A stretch of 64,000 nt of DNA, taken from positions 648,730-712,729 of the forward strand of contig RHPI01003330.1 of NCBI GenBank assembly GCA_009103225.1, in the 5' to 3' direction. Made by a program: the position numbers and the translations under genes. Positions 10,294 through 22,764 of this stretch are shown here, piece after piece (within the stretch, counting starts at the first letter, position 1; the number at the start of each line of letters is the position of its first letter). The notes below the pieces were generated by a model. It had not been told where the DNA came from. It saw only the letters and a list, made by a program, of their open reading frames with translations, and made no database searches. This DNA is from Chlorokybus atmophyticus (taxonomy: Eukaryota > Plantae > Mesostigma and Chlorokybus algae).

Positions 10294-12831
10294 CTAGTCC
10301 ACCGCCATCAAGCAGTCCACAAACTCCTCTAATATCTGGTCGTGTTCTGCAGCCACTTGCATGCCCAACTCGCGCAGACCGGCCCTGTTTTCTTCGGTAA
10401 TATCGGAGGCATTGGTGAAGCGCTTTGCCAGACTATGTTTTTGAACTCGGAAATACCTGTTTTCCAGGTTGAGAGCCTCTGCGCAAGACAACATAACCGC
10501 AATATGAGCATCAGTTGCATACGCACAACAGTGAGGTGTACACCTGCACGCCACTGCACGCCCACCTAGCATGTGTTGGATGGTGTATGTGTCGAGCGCG
10601 GCCACACCATCCACAAAGATGGCAACCAAGGGGCCGAGCCACTCGGGCCGGCCCCACTTGCGCGCATTGTGCCACTTGACAGGCTTGTCCTCAGAACCAC
10701 AACCGAGTGACAGCATTGCAATGGGAGGTAACCTGTCAGGCTACATGCCAAACGCAATAGCCGTCAAGTTGTAATCCAGTTGCATACAGGCACAGTAGTA
10801 GTTGAAGACAGCACTCTGGCAATAATGTTGTGGCACAAGAACTCAGCTTATATTACCTCGAGCACCACTTTCGGCAAGGCATTGACTTCATCAACTGATA
10901 AAGAGGAGATCTGCTTCCTGAGCTTGCGCTGCTGCTTGGCTCTACGCTGTGCCACATACACAAGCACATCAGCGTGCCAAACGGCAAACACTACTACTCC
11001 TGTGCACATGCCTCCACACACCTCTTGCTCCAGCCGTTGATGAAGCGCAAGCAGCTCCATAAAGGCCACAACTGACGGGTTGTTGCATATGACACCACCA
11101 TCGATCAAGGTCAATGCTCCATCTGGTGTCTCGGTTGGCAGCTTGCGCTGGGCTTTCCGCTGGAGACACAATGTGCAACATGAGTCGTACATACTGTTGC
11201 ATCCGGAGCAAGCATGTTAAGTTGAGCACAAAACCCACCCTTCTCCACCAGGCCTTTGCTTGTTCATCGCGGTGGCTTGTGCGCGGAGGCGGCACGTCTG
11301 CTGCGGGGAAAATCAACGCCGGCTCCCACAAACTCGGGGCAGCCGATGACGCGAGGCAAGCATCATACGCCCAGTAGTCGCGCCAGTCTTCAGTGGGCAT
11401 CTCCTGTTTGCGCAGCATGCTCTTTGAACGGAGCTGTATTGGACCGTCCTCATCGGGCACGGGCTGAATCACGTCAGAAAGCGGTGTGTCAGTAGTGTAG
11501 CTGATCGGAGAACAATAATGTGCTGGTACACAAGCAAGCATTGCATGCACGTATAAGTGACGATCGCTGTTACATGGCAAAGAAAACCACCTCAACCTCA
11601 GTGAAAGTGGGTTCCGGAGCAGATTTGGAGCGGCCGGCTCGATGCTGGCAGAAGCTGCAAGTAAGTGACAAGTCATTTGTCAAGCTTGCGAGTATGCACA
11701 AATTCACACAAAGAGCGAAGTGTGTTGGCTTACAGGTACGGTTTGTTGGTGACGGTGTCATACGCAGTCAGCAAGCAAGGCCTCAGCAGCTGAGACAGCC
11801 GCACATCCGTGTCGTCAACCTGAAGCAGCTCCCGCAGGGCTTCGCGCTTAGCTGTAGCGCTAAAGTTGGGCCTGCACAGGCAGGCATACTTGCCCAATAT
11901 AGGCCAAGGCTTCGTAAACATGTGGCTGACCAATCTTTCCACCTCGTGCCTGCATTTGCAGTTATCAGCCAACACATGCATGCATGTGCGTACGCATGTG
12001 TACGAGTACAATGTAACAGTAATCATGTTACAACATGTTTGTGTCAATAGTGTATGCTTTCTCGAGCTTACCCAATCTCAACAGCGCTAAACTTGGTGCT
12101 GGGAACCGGCTGTTGAGTTTGTCCATTTTCTGCATGTCCGCTTTCTGCGTGCTCATGCCTCGAGCGCTCATACATGTCAAACTGGTTGTTGCCGCTTGGC
12201 GGGAGTGTGTTTGGCAGCAGAAAGCAACACGCCATGATGCCACCTACTGATGTACCCGCCATCATGTCCACCTGAGCGTTGTTTGTCACATTGTTACTCT
12301 TATGTACGAGTGTCACAACAACACAAGCAAGCACAACAAGCTCACATAGTCAGCCAGTCGTGCAATCTGCCAGTGCGGGTCCCCGCTCTCCCTCAACCTG
12401 TCCTGGATCTTCTTCTCAATGACTTGGAGTGTCATCAGCGGTATAAGTCCGCGTATGCCGCCGCCGTCAATGCAGATGACTCTGATGTATTTGCCGCCAA
12501 AAGTTGGAAACTTGCGTGCTGTTGGCCGCAGTGATGACTTCGTAGGCTCCGGCCCGGATGGCGTTTCACCATAACTTTGGGCACCTGGCCTGTGATCTAC
12601 GCCATTCTCAAGCATTTTACCAGCTGTTGTTTGCAGCTGAGGCGTGTATGACGCTGCTGTAGTTGTACTAGCAGCAGCTTCGCCCTGTAAAGTCTGTTGT
12701 TCTGTTGCTTGTGGACTTTCGCCGCCTTCTTCACCAAGCCCAACTGCTTCCTTCACATCTTCCTTTTTCTGCTTGCCCCATTCCCCAAGGACATAGGCTA
12801 CCTGTCGCCCTGTGCCTGCAATATCCGCCAT
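10294..12831 (-). CDS. Patatin-like phospholipase (multi-exon)
   Basis: Gly-rich loop 'ICIDGGGIRG', nucleophile 'AGTSVGG', 'CLASSAAPSLWEP', catalytic 'LIDGGVICNNP', 'MLSLGCGS', 'WGRPEW' and 'YFRVQ' lie on successive exons bounded by GT-AG introns. Confidence 0.93.
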
Positions 12832-13886
12832 CTGGATATGCTCTGCTCCTGCAAATTTGGACAGCTACGGTTTTGGTACTTATAGATTGCATGTTACATC
12901 TCCACAATTCTAAACATGGAATAAATCTTGTAGTTGCGACATGTAACCTGTACCACGCCACAGATGACTTAGCGATTACAATTGTACGCTATGCAGTGAC
13001 AGTTTAGGTGCTGCAACCAAAGGCAGTATCCTGGAGTATAGTGCAACCAAGCGCATGATATGAGCAACGCTCCAACTCTCGATACATGCTACATGCGTTT
13101 CTCATGCACTATGCTTAATTGTCGAATATTGAGTGCAGTTAAGCCAGCAAGCAGCTTCACAAAACCCCATCCCCAACCATGAGTATATACTCAAGCTGAC
13201 GGCACAAGGCACGAGTCCACCACAAACGGAACACGAGGCTTGCCCGTTGAACAATATGTTCAATTATGACGAAGACGCGGCACGTCAAGCACAGACTCAA
13301 GCCTCGGCATTGCCCGTTTACAAACGACATTCAAATCATAGCTTTACACTAACAAGTAGAAGCGTCTACAACTTGGGGAGGCTGTGTGCAGCGCAAAGTG
13401 GAGTGCTTGTTGACATCGTTCGTAACAGCCAGTAGACCTTTCTTGCTGGTTTTCTGCTTCTCAACAATGCCTGACACCAAAAGCTCCAACCTCTGAGCAA
13501 AAGAACATGGACATAGACAAACTCACCCGCTAGCTGCTCAAATTGTGCAAGGCCAGAGTAGCGGCACCATCAGCTGCGCCTGCGCTTCCTTCCAGAGTTG
13601 AGGTTGTTATAGTAAACACCGACAGTCGCTGCCTTACACCTACACCAAGCTCGCCCGCCGCCCACACCACCGCCACGCACTGCACCCACTACGCCCGCAA
13701 ATGACTGCCACGTAATAGCTGCATCTCCTGGTCTGATTGACGTACGCTGCAGTCGAATCACCGCAATGATGAGGAGGTTGGCAGCATGATTCAGTCACAC
13801 ACTGATTCACTGATCCCAGCTGCTGCTCTGTGGGGAATGCGCCATACCAGAGTGCTGGGTCAGTGATCCAAAGCATTTCAGCTGAG

Positions 13887-15674
13887 ATGGGCACTGCGGG
13901 GGCGGCGGCGGCGGCGGGAAAGGAGGGGGCGGCAGGGGGTCAGCGGCGTGATGGACGCACTGCGAGCCAGCTGCGGCCCATGGATTGCAGGCGGGGTTTG
14001 CTTAGCAGGGCGGACGGGTCCGCCCGCTGGTCGCAAGGTGGAATCAAAACGAGTTTTGCGTGTGAACTTGGTTGCGTAGTGCCAGCGTGCATGTAGCCTT
14101 TCTCTGCAACAGCGTTTGTTGTTGTAAGTGAAAATCATCAAAGCTTGCCATGCACATCGCTTGGCCATGCTTGTGCAATCTATAATCTAGGACAGATTCA
14201 ATTCATGCACTCAGTCTGTCTATGGCATCTCACCTCAGTTCAGTTCAAATACTGCTCACTGTCCAAACAATGAGAGTATTACGTACGTTGGCCGTTGGCG
14301 AGCCTTTACGTAACGTGATGTCGGCATCTTTTGCATGTCACGAGGTTCACCAAGTTGAGTGACGTTGTCATTTACCGTCGATTTTCCTACCTGCTTTTCT
14401 CCACTTACAATCTTGACATCCATAATCTCATAAACCGTCTTTGTTTGCGCTTTTGATTGTGCCAAGAGTTATTTGTATTTGTAGCTACGCATATACGATT
14501 GACATTGGTTGGCTGTGCTGGCGGCATGCACTCGTGTGTTAAGACTTGCAAGATTCGCAGGCAAAACCACAGTGTTGGCTGCTGTGTACGGACCCCGAGG
14601 ACTCCCGGCCAAGCGCGAAAATGCAGAGACAGCTGTGCTGGAAGTACTGGTGAAGCCGCAGACTGGCACTGGTGGTAAGGCTGATCAAAAGGTTGTGGCT
14701 CAGCCGTCATGTCTCAGTCATGTTTCTTCACAACTTATTGGTTGCATTTTGCAGGTCCCGCCGACAGGGAGCTGGAGCAGTTCATTAGAGGAACACTCAC
14801 CCACATAGTGTTGCTGAGTCTTCATCCGCGGACAGGCATATCTGTGGTTTTGCAGGTGGACAGATTCTGCTGTGGGTATGACGAATGCACGAGCGCTTGC
14901 CTAACGAACAGCGTGTATCACAGGTAGTCAACGACGATGGGTCCGTACTGGTGTGCGCCATCAATGCTGCATGCGCTGCGCTTGTGGATGCTGGTGTACC
15001 GCTCAAAGGCATACTTGGTATTTGATAATTACTCTTCGACGCTTGCTGGTATGAATGTTTTGAATGTCGGTGCACATACGACTTGATGTATAATTCGTAA
15101 CAGCTGCTGCATCGTGCTTCTACGACTCGCAAGGAGCGCTCTCATTGGATCCTGACCAGAAAGAGAGCCAAGTACGCACATGCAGATGCACAGCCGTATT
15201 ACATGCAAAATTCTGTCCCTGGGTCGACTTGTGTACAAGTAAGGTCTACGCTATTGTAGAGAAACTGAACTCGTCATGTCTTGTGCATAGTCAGCACGGG
15301 CAGAGCTCTGTCTTACCTTCCGATGTGAACCACCACAAGCGTCAGGTCATTCCAACAAGGAAACCAGTAGCCTTGTCAGCTCAGATACTAGAGGACACCT
15401 TACTGGTTTGTGGTGCATCATGGACTGTGTTGTTGCTGTGTACTTATTCTCACATCAGGACAGCAAATCTCAGCTGGCTATCTGTTGCGCAGAGGCCGAG
15501 TTTCTGGCAAGCTTAGCTGCAGGGCATGCAGCTTCCAAGTCTGTGGCTTCCTTCTTGACCACCAGCTTTGACAGCCAAAAGGTAGAGTGCATGCTTGCCG
15601 CTGTTGGGTTTGCTGATTGCTCAAGCAAGCATCAGTTGCTGATACGAGCATTGCTCAGCAGCCACCAGATGTGA
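13887..15674 (+). CDS. RRP46: Exosome complex component RRP46 (RNase PH-like)
   Basis: Exons: '[32 protein letters not shown]' | '[12 protein letters not shown]...[10 protein letters not shown]' | '[11 protein letters not shown]...[11 protein letters not shown]' | '[29 protein letters not shown]' | 'LDPDQKE'. 3' end approximate. Confidence 0.9.
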
Positions 15675-16298
15675 CAGCTGGGACATGAGAGAAAGTTGCA
15701 TCAGCTGCAAGCAGCCAGCATGCACATAAGCAAGCTGTGGCTGTGGAACCATGCAACGGCAAGGCGCGGGCCGTGCAATCGCCAAGAAGGCACCACAAAG
15801 TCAAGCAGAGAGCAGGGTTAAACTGAATGAAACCAAGGCACTCAAAGCTTGCAGCCTTTGAGCAGGATGCTTTCAAAGAACACGTCCATACATGACACTA
15901 CAGGAACGCGTGGTGTGGAGATGACCACGACGAGGTGTAAGCACATCCGCAAGATTTAGACGCTATGCTGCGGCGATGCAGTGCCGCTGCTGGTCACAGG
16001 GCAGAGTGTCTGCAGCGACTTTCGCTTGATTGTTCAAGCAGTGTGCCACACTGTCACAGCAGTGTTACAGCTGATTGGGACGTTTACCATGCGGTTTGGT
16101 ATGTCCTCCACAACGTGGATGCACATGAAAATGGTTGCAATGTCACATTGTAATGACAGCCGCAAGCATGATGAGCGCATTAGTATCTGCACAAATCAAG
16201 TCAATGCCATGGAGTTGAGACTGCGACCCAGTATTGAATGCCCAGGGAATACGCGCAACAGAACTTGCAACGGTATTGTCCGCATTATGGGTGTGCCT

Positions 16299-17613
16299 TC
16301 AAGTGTTGAAGAACTCTGATAACCTGACTGGACCCTTCTCCTCCGTCCGTTTCTTCTTGCCCTTTGAATGAGAGCTATCACTACCATTACTGCTACTGCT
16401 GGAGCTACTGCTATCGCTAGAGTCCCGCTTCCTTCGCTTCTTGTCCTTACTGCTCCGCTTGCGCTTCCCCCCGTCATCGTCATCCTCATCCTTGTCACCC
16501 TTCTCGTCTCGGCTTCGCTTCTTCTGCAAGGAGATGCACACAGAACAAAGGCTGGTAAGAACACGTGTCATGTAAAAGGTTTGGCTAAATGGTGCGATCC
16601 AACCAGCAGTAGTTTGCATACCCTCTTGTCTTTTTGGGACCTTTCCTTCTCCTTCTCCTTTTCGCGCCTCTTCTCCTTTCTGCCTGACAGAACCGCTTCT
16701 GTCAGCTAAAGTTTTCCTCCACAGCCATGTTGTTTACAAGATGCACGTGTAAGCACATACATTATGTATGCAATGCTAACATGCAGGCAGCAAACAGTTG
16801 TCTGATTGTTTTCGCAACTATTCATGATGCAATTGCTCTACACCGCACACAAGCTTTTGTACAGGCACAGGCACACACGAGCGCACAATCATGGCATGTG
16901 ATGTACACATGCTCACATACATGAACAACCAAACAACCCAACGCGCAAACAATCAAGGCACACATAAATGCACACGCTTGCTTTGGGCTGAGCACGCAAG
17001 CAAGCACAAGCACCATCACGTACGCTTCTTGGAACTGTCTTTGTCCGATTTCTTCCTGTTGTTCGACCCGCGCGATAACCTTCCCGCACGCTCCTTATCC
17101 AGCTGAGCACGGTACAGACGCATCTCTCTCTCCTCATCCATACCCAACGCGTCCTTCTTCTTGGCATCCTCCTGAAAGCGCATATTATCATATGTGCATG
17201 TCGCAACCCTAAAACATCACCATCAACAAAATACAAAAGAGCAATACCGCTACACAGCACTTGACAAGCTCACTTTGGCCAATGACTGACATGATGCACT
17301 CTATGTACTCTTATAGTGTACCTTTTTCTCAGCCTTCCACTCCTCCCAACTCTTCCTTTCACCCGCCTGCAATGCTGCGAGACGTGCAGCATGCCACTCA
17401 GGCGAATGCCATGTTGCATCAACCTGTTTAGGACACAATTCGCAAATAGTGTCTTGATGCATATCAACCGTTGATGGTGTGCAGAGCGACAAGAACAAAG
17501 CGGCGTAAAGGCCTATTGTGACTCACCATGCCATCTTCAATGACGTCTGGCGCATCAGAGGCGGTGGCTCCTCGCGCGGCCTGCATTTGCTTGTGCTGCG
17601 CATTCTTCCCCAT
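16299..17613 (-). CDS. Conserved plant-type Lys/Arg/Ser-rich nuclear protein of unknown function (often annotated FAM133-like)
   Basis: Spliced: 'MGKNAQHKQMQAARG...IEDGM' | 'VDATWHSPEWHAARLAALQ...SWEEWK' | 'MRLYRAQLDKERAGRLSRG' | ... | 'GPVRLSEFFNT*'. This matches my recollection of a land-plant family (MGKNQAYKAMQ...HSPEWHAARLA...GPVPLSRFF). Confidence 0.8.
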
Positions 17614-18352
17614 GGCTGCAAGATTTGCTCGGAATCAGACCTAGAGCACAACATTGGACTGAGCACGTCTGAACTGGGTGACTTACAACAACCAGTCAGC
17701 TAGTTTACCAGCACAACAAGACAGAAGCTCATGTCTGTTGGTACATACAGCAACGAGGATGCGAACATGGAAACTTGGAGCCACAAGGCACAGATCAGCA
17801 ATGCACACACAGCTCAAACTGACAACAACCCTCCAGACAGCCCTTACCGCTGCTGGCCGCAGGAAGTGTTTATTCTCCGTCCCTGCACGCAAAAACTTTC
17901 TCGCTCGGCAATTGCAAATTCGAGCAAAGTACGCTAGCCTATGCGGCATAAACGCTGATCAGTGTGTCTCATCTCCATTTAATGCGCGACAGTACTAACT
18001 CCCCCGCCGCCGCCGCCGCAATCCCTGCCGCCGCTCATGCCCTCAACTACCCCAGATGACGCCTGCACGGTATCTTGATGCTGGATGTCAAGGCCAAGTA
18101 ACTGCTGAAAGCGATATACATTGCTGGTTGATGATACCGAAGCTCTTTCGCGCGCTTTCAGTGCATTAGGGTTTGCAGTCGCAAATTGTGGAGGCGGCGG
18201 CAGCGGCGGCGGCGGCGGCGGCGGCAACGTCGGTGCCGCCGGCGGCGTGGTCAGCAAACAGGCGATTACGTTTGTCTCAGGTGTAGTGGCGCTTACCCTC
18301 TTCCACAAGACAACAAAGGGACTGCAGGAGTGAGGGTGTGCAGGGCTCCCCA

Positions 18353-20985
18353 ATGTCGGGCATCAGCTTTTGGGGGGCGGAGCTGCCGGCTGCTGGCGGC
18401 AGCAAGGCCGCCCCCCTGAATGTGGCTGTGCGGGGAGGTTTCTTGCATGTCACGCAGCTGGCCTTGAAGAGCGGGAGCAGGGCGATGGTCGAGGTTGAGG
18501 TCGGCTCCGGCAAGGACGCCAAGCGCTACGTGCTCGGCACCCTGCGGAAGGACACCGTCGACCACATCTCCCTCGACCTGCTGTTCGACTCCGACTTCAA
18601 GTTGCACTTGTCTGGTGACGCCTCAGTGCATGCCGTCGGGTATCGCACCAACCGGCTTTCATCGTCAGAACCCGCACAGCAAGCAGAAACTGGTAAGCAG
18701 CAACGCGTGCACAATGTCTGTGCTTGCTACTGGTCACATTGCAGTCATTGTCTTGCACCGACTCATGCTTGTCAACGCTTTCTCCACCATTCGTGCATGC
18801 ATGGAGCCTTGGCTATGGCGTCAGTATGCCAGAGCCTTGCTTATGTCGCAAAGCCCAACTTGTTGTTTGCATGTGCGTGCAGCCAAGGCCGGTGCCAAAG
18901 CAGAGGCTCCGGCACCTTCAAGTACAGCGGCCGCGCAACCAGCAAAGCCAGCCAAGCCTGTGAAGCCAGCACAGCCCTCACCCGCCAAACCTGGGAAGCC
19001 CAGCGTTTTTGACATACCTGTGGAAGGGGACGACGATGACGACGAGGATGATGAAGACTTCAACAGCGATATGGTATGGGCCACACGCATCAAGTCAGTC
19101 TTGTCAGATTGCAGTGGACGCGATGATAAAAACATATTCCTCGTACTGAATGCCAACTGGCATGACAGACACACACAACCCATAGAATTTGAGCGTCCAC
19201 TGCAGGTTTATGCACTAATTGGCGAATTGCATCATTGTGAGTACTTGCCCATCACCTCAGTAGCCATGTTGCGTGGTGGTAGACGCTATGATGAAAGCAT
19301 ATTCCTCGTACTGATTGCCGAAAGGCATGACAGACACAACCATAGGAAGAGTTTGAGCGTCTACTTCAGGTTCACTTGTCGCACATTGTCATAAACATTT
19401 CGCCCGTTATCTTGGTATGCATGTTGACGTGTTAGACGCTATGATAGAAGCATATTCCTCGTACTGAGTGCCAATTGGCATGACAGACACGTACAACCCA
19501 TAGAATTTGAGCGTCTAACCTTTTCTGGACACATATACTCTACGCAGGTTGGATTCTATTCGCTGCATTGCCGCGAGCATTTGTGAATGTTTCCATGCCT
19601 GCATCAGGCGTGTTATGACTAAAGCTTGTGGCTGGAGGTCAACACCATCCGCACATCAGTTGCAAGCGTGTGCGTGTGCGTGTATTCTGCAACCATCGTC
19701 GTGTGTTCGTTGATGGCACCGTGTCTGTGGCAGGACGATGAACTTGAGGGGGACTTTGATCTGGAGGGTGATGATGAGGACGAAGAAGATGACGATGACG
19801 ATGACGATGACGGTGAGGAAGGTGATTTGGAGGGCGACGACGACGAAGAGGGCGATGAAGGTGATGAAGACGATGAGTTCGACGACGACGACGACGATGA
19901 CGAGGTACATTGCGTTTGCTATTTGTTGGCTGTCTTTGCGCTTGCTCTTCACCGTCGTAACCTGTCATGGAAGGGTGGAGTGTTTCTCTTTGGTGACGAG
20001 TCAGATGGTGACCTCTTCAGTGAAGAGGTGCGGTATTGGGGTGCAGGATAGGACTGTCGGGCCGCTTGTCGCCCGAGAGGAGGGGGACGTGAGGGTGGGA
20101 GTTAACCATGGAGGGAACGTGAGGGTTGGGAGAGGATGGGGTGTTATCCGCAGTGCGCAGGCTGTTTGCAGCGTGAGGCAACTAAGACGACAACGGTTGC
20201 TGGTATGATTTCTAATATGCTCTGTGTATACAGGATGATGAGGAAGAAGAGCAGGCACCGGCAAAGAAACAAAAGCTTGCAAGCGGAAAAGGTGAATTCT
20301 TTCTTGCCTAAGCAGGTGCATGACTTTCTTCGCAGCACTTGTACATCCGTACAATTCCAAACCGTTTGGCGTTGTGCAGGAGCCACTCCAGCCAAGCAAG
20401 CCAATGGTGCTACGCCAGCAAAGGTACATCGCGTTCGCATGCGAGTGTATCTGTGCGTTTAGTGCGCAGCACCCAACTAGCTTGCTGTTCTGCAGCCTGG
20501 GAAAGGGATGCCAAGCAAAACACCCGCAAACACTCCTGCCAAGAGTCCTGGACAAACACCTGCGAAGCCATCTGACAAAACTCCAGCAAAGCCAGCGAAT
20601 TCGAAGTCTCCTGCAAAGACACCGGCTAAACCTGCTGCGAGTACACCCAAAACCCCAGCTGCAAAGACACCATTGACTGGCAACAAATGCGACACATGCG
20701 ACAGGTATTGTTGTTATGGTGCTGCATGTTGTTGCGGTACCAGTTTGGAGCGCTATGACTGCCAACTATAATCTCGTTAACCTGACCTGCCTCACCGAGG
20801 CTTGACAGAAAACAATGATAACCTGATGAGCGCTCGTGTAGCATTGTGTCCTTGTCTGACTTGCACAGCACACAATACCTCCAACGTTCTCTTGTACACT
20901 TACACATCGGCTTGTACGCAGGACTTTTGTCAATCCCACCGCTTTGCAACAACATCAGACAGCCAAGCATAGTGCAAAGAAGTGA
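18353..20985 (+). CDS. HDT: HD2/HD-tuin nucleoplasmin-domain histone chaperone with acidic tracts and a C-terminal C2H2 zinc finger
   Basis: N-terminal 'SFWGAEL' (cf. MEFWG), 'FLHVTQLAL' and 'LGTL..DHISLDLLFD' define the NPL domain. Two Asp/Glu tracts and a K/P/T/A-rich linker follow. The spliced C-terminus reads C-D-T-C-D-R|T-F-V-N-P-T-A-L-Q-Q-H-Q-T-A-K-H-S-A-K-K* (last exon 20922-20985). Confidence 0.85.
19110..19204 (+). ncRNA. Box C/D snoRNA, copy 1 (intronic, dual guide)
   Basis: 12-bp terminal stem (tgcagtggacgc/gcgtccactgca), C-like box ATGATAA, D' box CTGA preceded by ATTCCTCGTA, and D-like box TTGA preceded by CCCATAGAAT. Both guides are complementary to conserved 18S rRNA segments as I recall them (ACGAGGAAU; AUUCUAUGGG). 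Confidence 0.8.
19279..19364 (+). ncRNA. Box C/D snoRNA, copy 2 (canonical C box; altered 3' guide)
   Basis: Terminal stem gtagacgc/gcgtctac, C box ATGATGA, same D' guide ATTCCTCGTA-CTGA. The D-side guide reads CCATAGGAAGAGT-TTGA. Confidence 0.8.
19431..19519 (+). ncRNA. Box C/D snoRNA, copy 3
   Basis: Terminal stem gttagacgc/gcgtctaac, C-like box ATGATAG, D' guide ATTCCTCGTA-CTGA, D guide CCCATAGAAT-TTGA. Confidence 0.8.
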
Positions 20986-22764
20986 TTGCATACTGCGCGT
21001 AGAAGGTAGCGGTGTGAAGTCCATTTACTGCTACACATGCTGTCACCAGGGCCTGGTGTACAACAGTGCCAACGGGAATCCAGTTGTGAGTTAGGGCTGC
21101 CTTCACCTTGCTGCAAACATCCAACGCACATGCAAGGGTGGCTGGCACGCGATCAGCAGTTCTTGTAGATAGCGAGATGGTGTAGGTAGTGCTGAGCACG
21201 CAGCACCAGTGCTCGACAATTTTGTGTAGCCTGTCTATGCCTGATTGTTATGTCTGTTGGTTGCAGCATAGGCTTGCCATAGCACTGCTAGAGGCTCTCA
21301 TGTAATTTATACCTTGTCTTGACACCTGTCATGGCTGGTATCAGACAGATCGTCTCGTGTGAGAATATTGCATTGCCTGTACCATGTTAGTGGTGACGCC
21401 AATCAATGTAATGATGATAGGTGGGAAACAAAGAGTAACAAAGGGTTGAACATTCTAGCCGAGCTTACGCAGATTGCTTTGAACCAATACTATATGTTGT
21501 TACATGCAAACTTTCCGAAGGCACATTCTATCCTTGGCACAACTTTTTGTATGGCAATAATGTACAAGCATTACTCTTTGCTTTAAACATTGGTGCTTGC
21601 ATTCTTGCAAGGCACATGCAATTTGCATGATTCCTTCGTCTGATGTGTCTTTTACTTATACTCCATTCAAACCTCCGTATGGCAAGGACCATTGCGTTTA
21701 AAAAAGTGAGTGATTATGTGCTATTTACAAGAGATGACATAAGCTCAGCGGTACAAAAGACTATAAGTGGTTACAAGCAACGGCTCACGTTGATACATTA
21801 AAAGCTTTTCAAAAGTACCGATGCAATGAGCAATTTAATAACAGAGCTTCGTAGAATGATAGTAGCTTGCAAATAACATACAATGTCTTATTATCATTCT
21901 GAATGATAATTGCTGGTGCCTTGTCATTGATTCAGTGCGATTGACTCAAGCAATCATTCATCATTGCTTCGCAAATTGTGGACATGACTCCAACAAATTG
22001 GAATGCAATTGATGGGCGACAACGCATGTTGCACATGTGATACAAAGCCCTTCAAGGAACATGATGCGGCATCACTGATGCCGTGCCCAAAAACCAGGCC
22101 CCCAAATAGTCGTGCTGAACACATTCTGACACTTCCCAGCAACACACGGCCATCCTTGCAAGCGAGATGCTTTAGGCGAGGGCGCATGCATGGGCAATCT
22201 GCTAGCTAAAGGCGGCGGCGGCGGCGGCAAGCGGACGTTGGAAGCGGCGGCGCTGCGTGCAGTCCGCTCGCCCTCCTCATCGCCGCCGCCTCGCGCGGAG
22301 CAGTCCGAGCTGCACGCTGCCAACACCACCGCCCATTCTGGCGAAAAACAACATGGTACACGAAATTGACTCATGCGCTTCCGTGTACGCAGATCAGTAG
22401 AGATGCCACTGACATGTATTACATCTCAATCATTCATTGACTTAGCGAGCGAGTCCGTTAGTGAGTTCATGAGGATGGTGTTGTTGTTGCTGCTGCTGTT
22501 GTTGCGTCAACACATGGGTGGCAGTACCGCACCTTTCCATGCAAGATCGGTACACATGGCTGCTCTCCATCCCTCATGGCACAACGCTAGCATCCGCACG
22601 CACACCACCCTTGGGTGTTGATGGTTGCAACCTGTGCCAGTACAACAACAACGACAACCATCATCATTGCTGTGACCATGATGATGCAGTCATTGGTGTT
22701 GACGATGATAGTCCTGCTTGCTCGTGATAATGTGCTAGGACCAGTTGAGTCTTAGCACACTCAG

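Noticed and set aside
13130-13894. Minus-strand ORFs ('MLWITDPALWYGAF...', 'RLELLVSGIVEKQK...') between patatin and RRP46
   Set aside because: They could not be joined into a gene and overlap the RRP46 5' region; no family was recognised.
17200-17270. AACCCTAAA (telomere-template-like) next to a 14-nt match (CAGCACTTGACAAG) to the U6 upstream region
   Set aside because: The order is wrong for a telomerase RNA gene (the template precedes the promoter-like motif), there is no TATA at the right spacing, and it lies in an intron. Probably chance.
19540-19610. Possible H/ACA-type hairpin after the third C/D snoRNA
   Set aside because: Only one imperfect hairpin, with no convincing H or ACA box placement.
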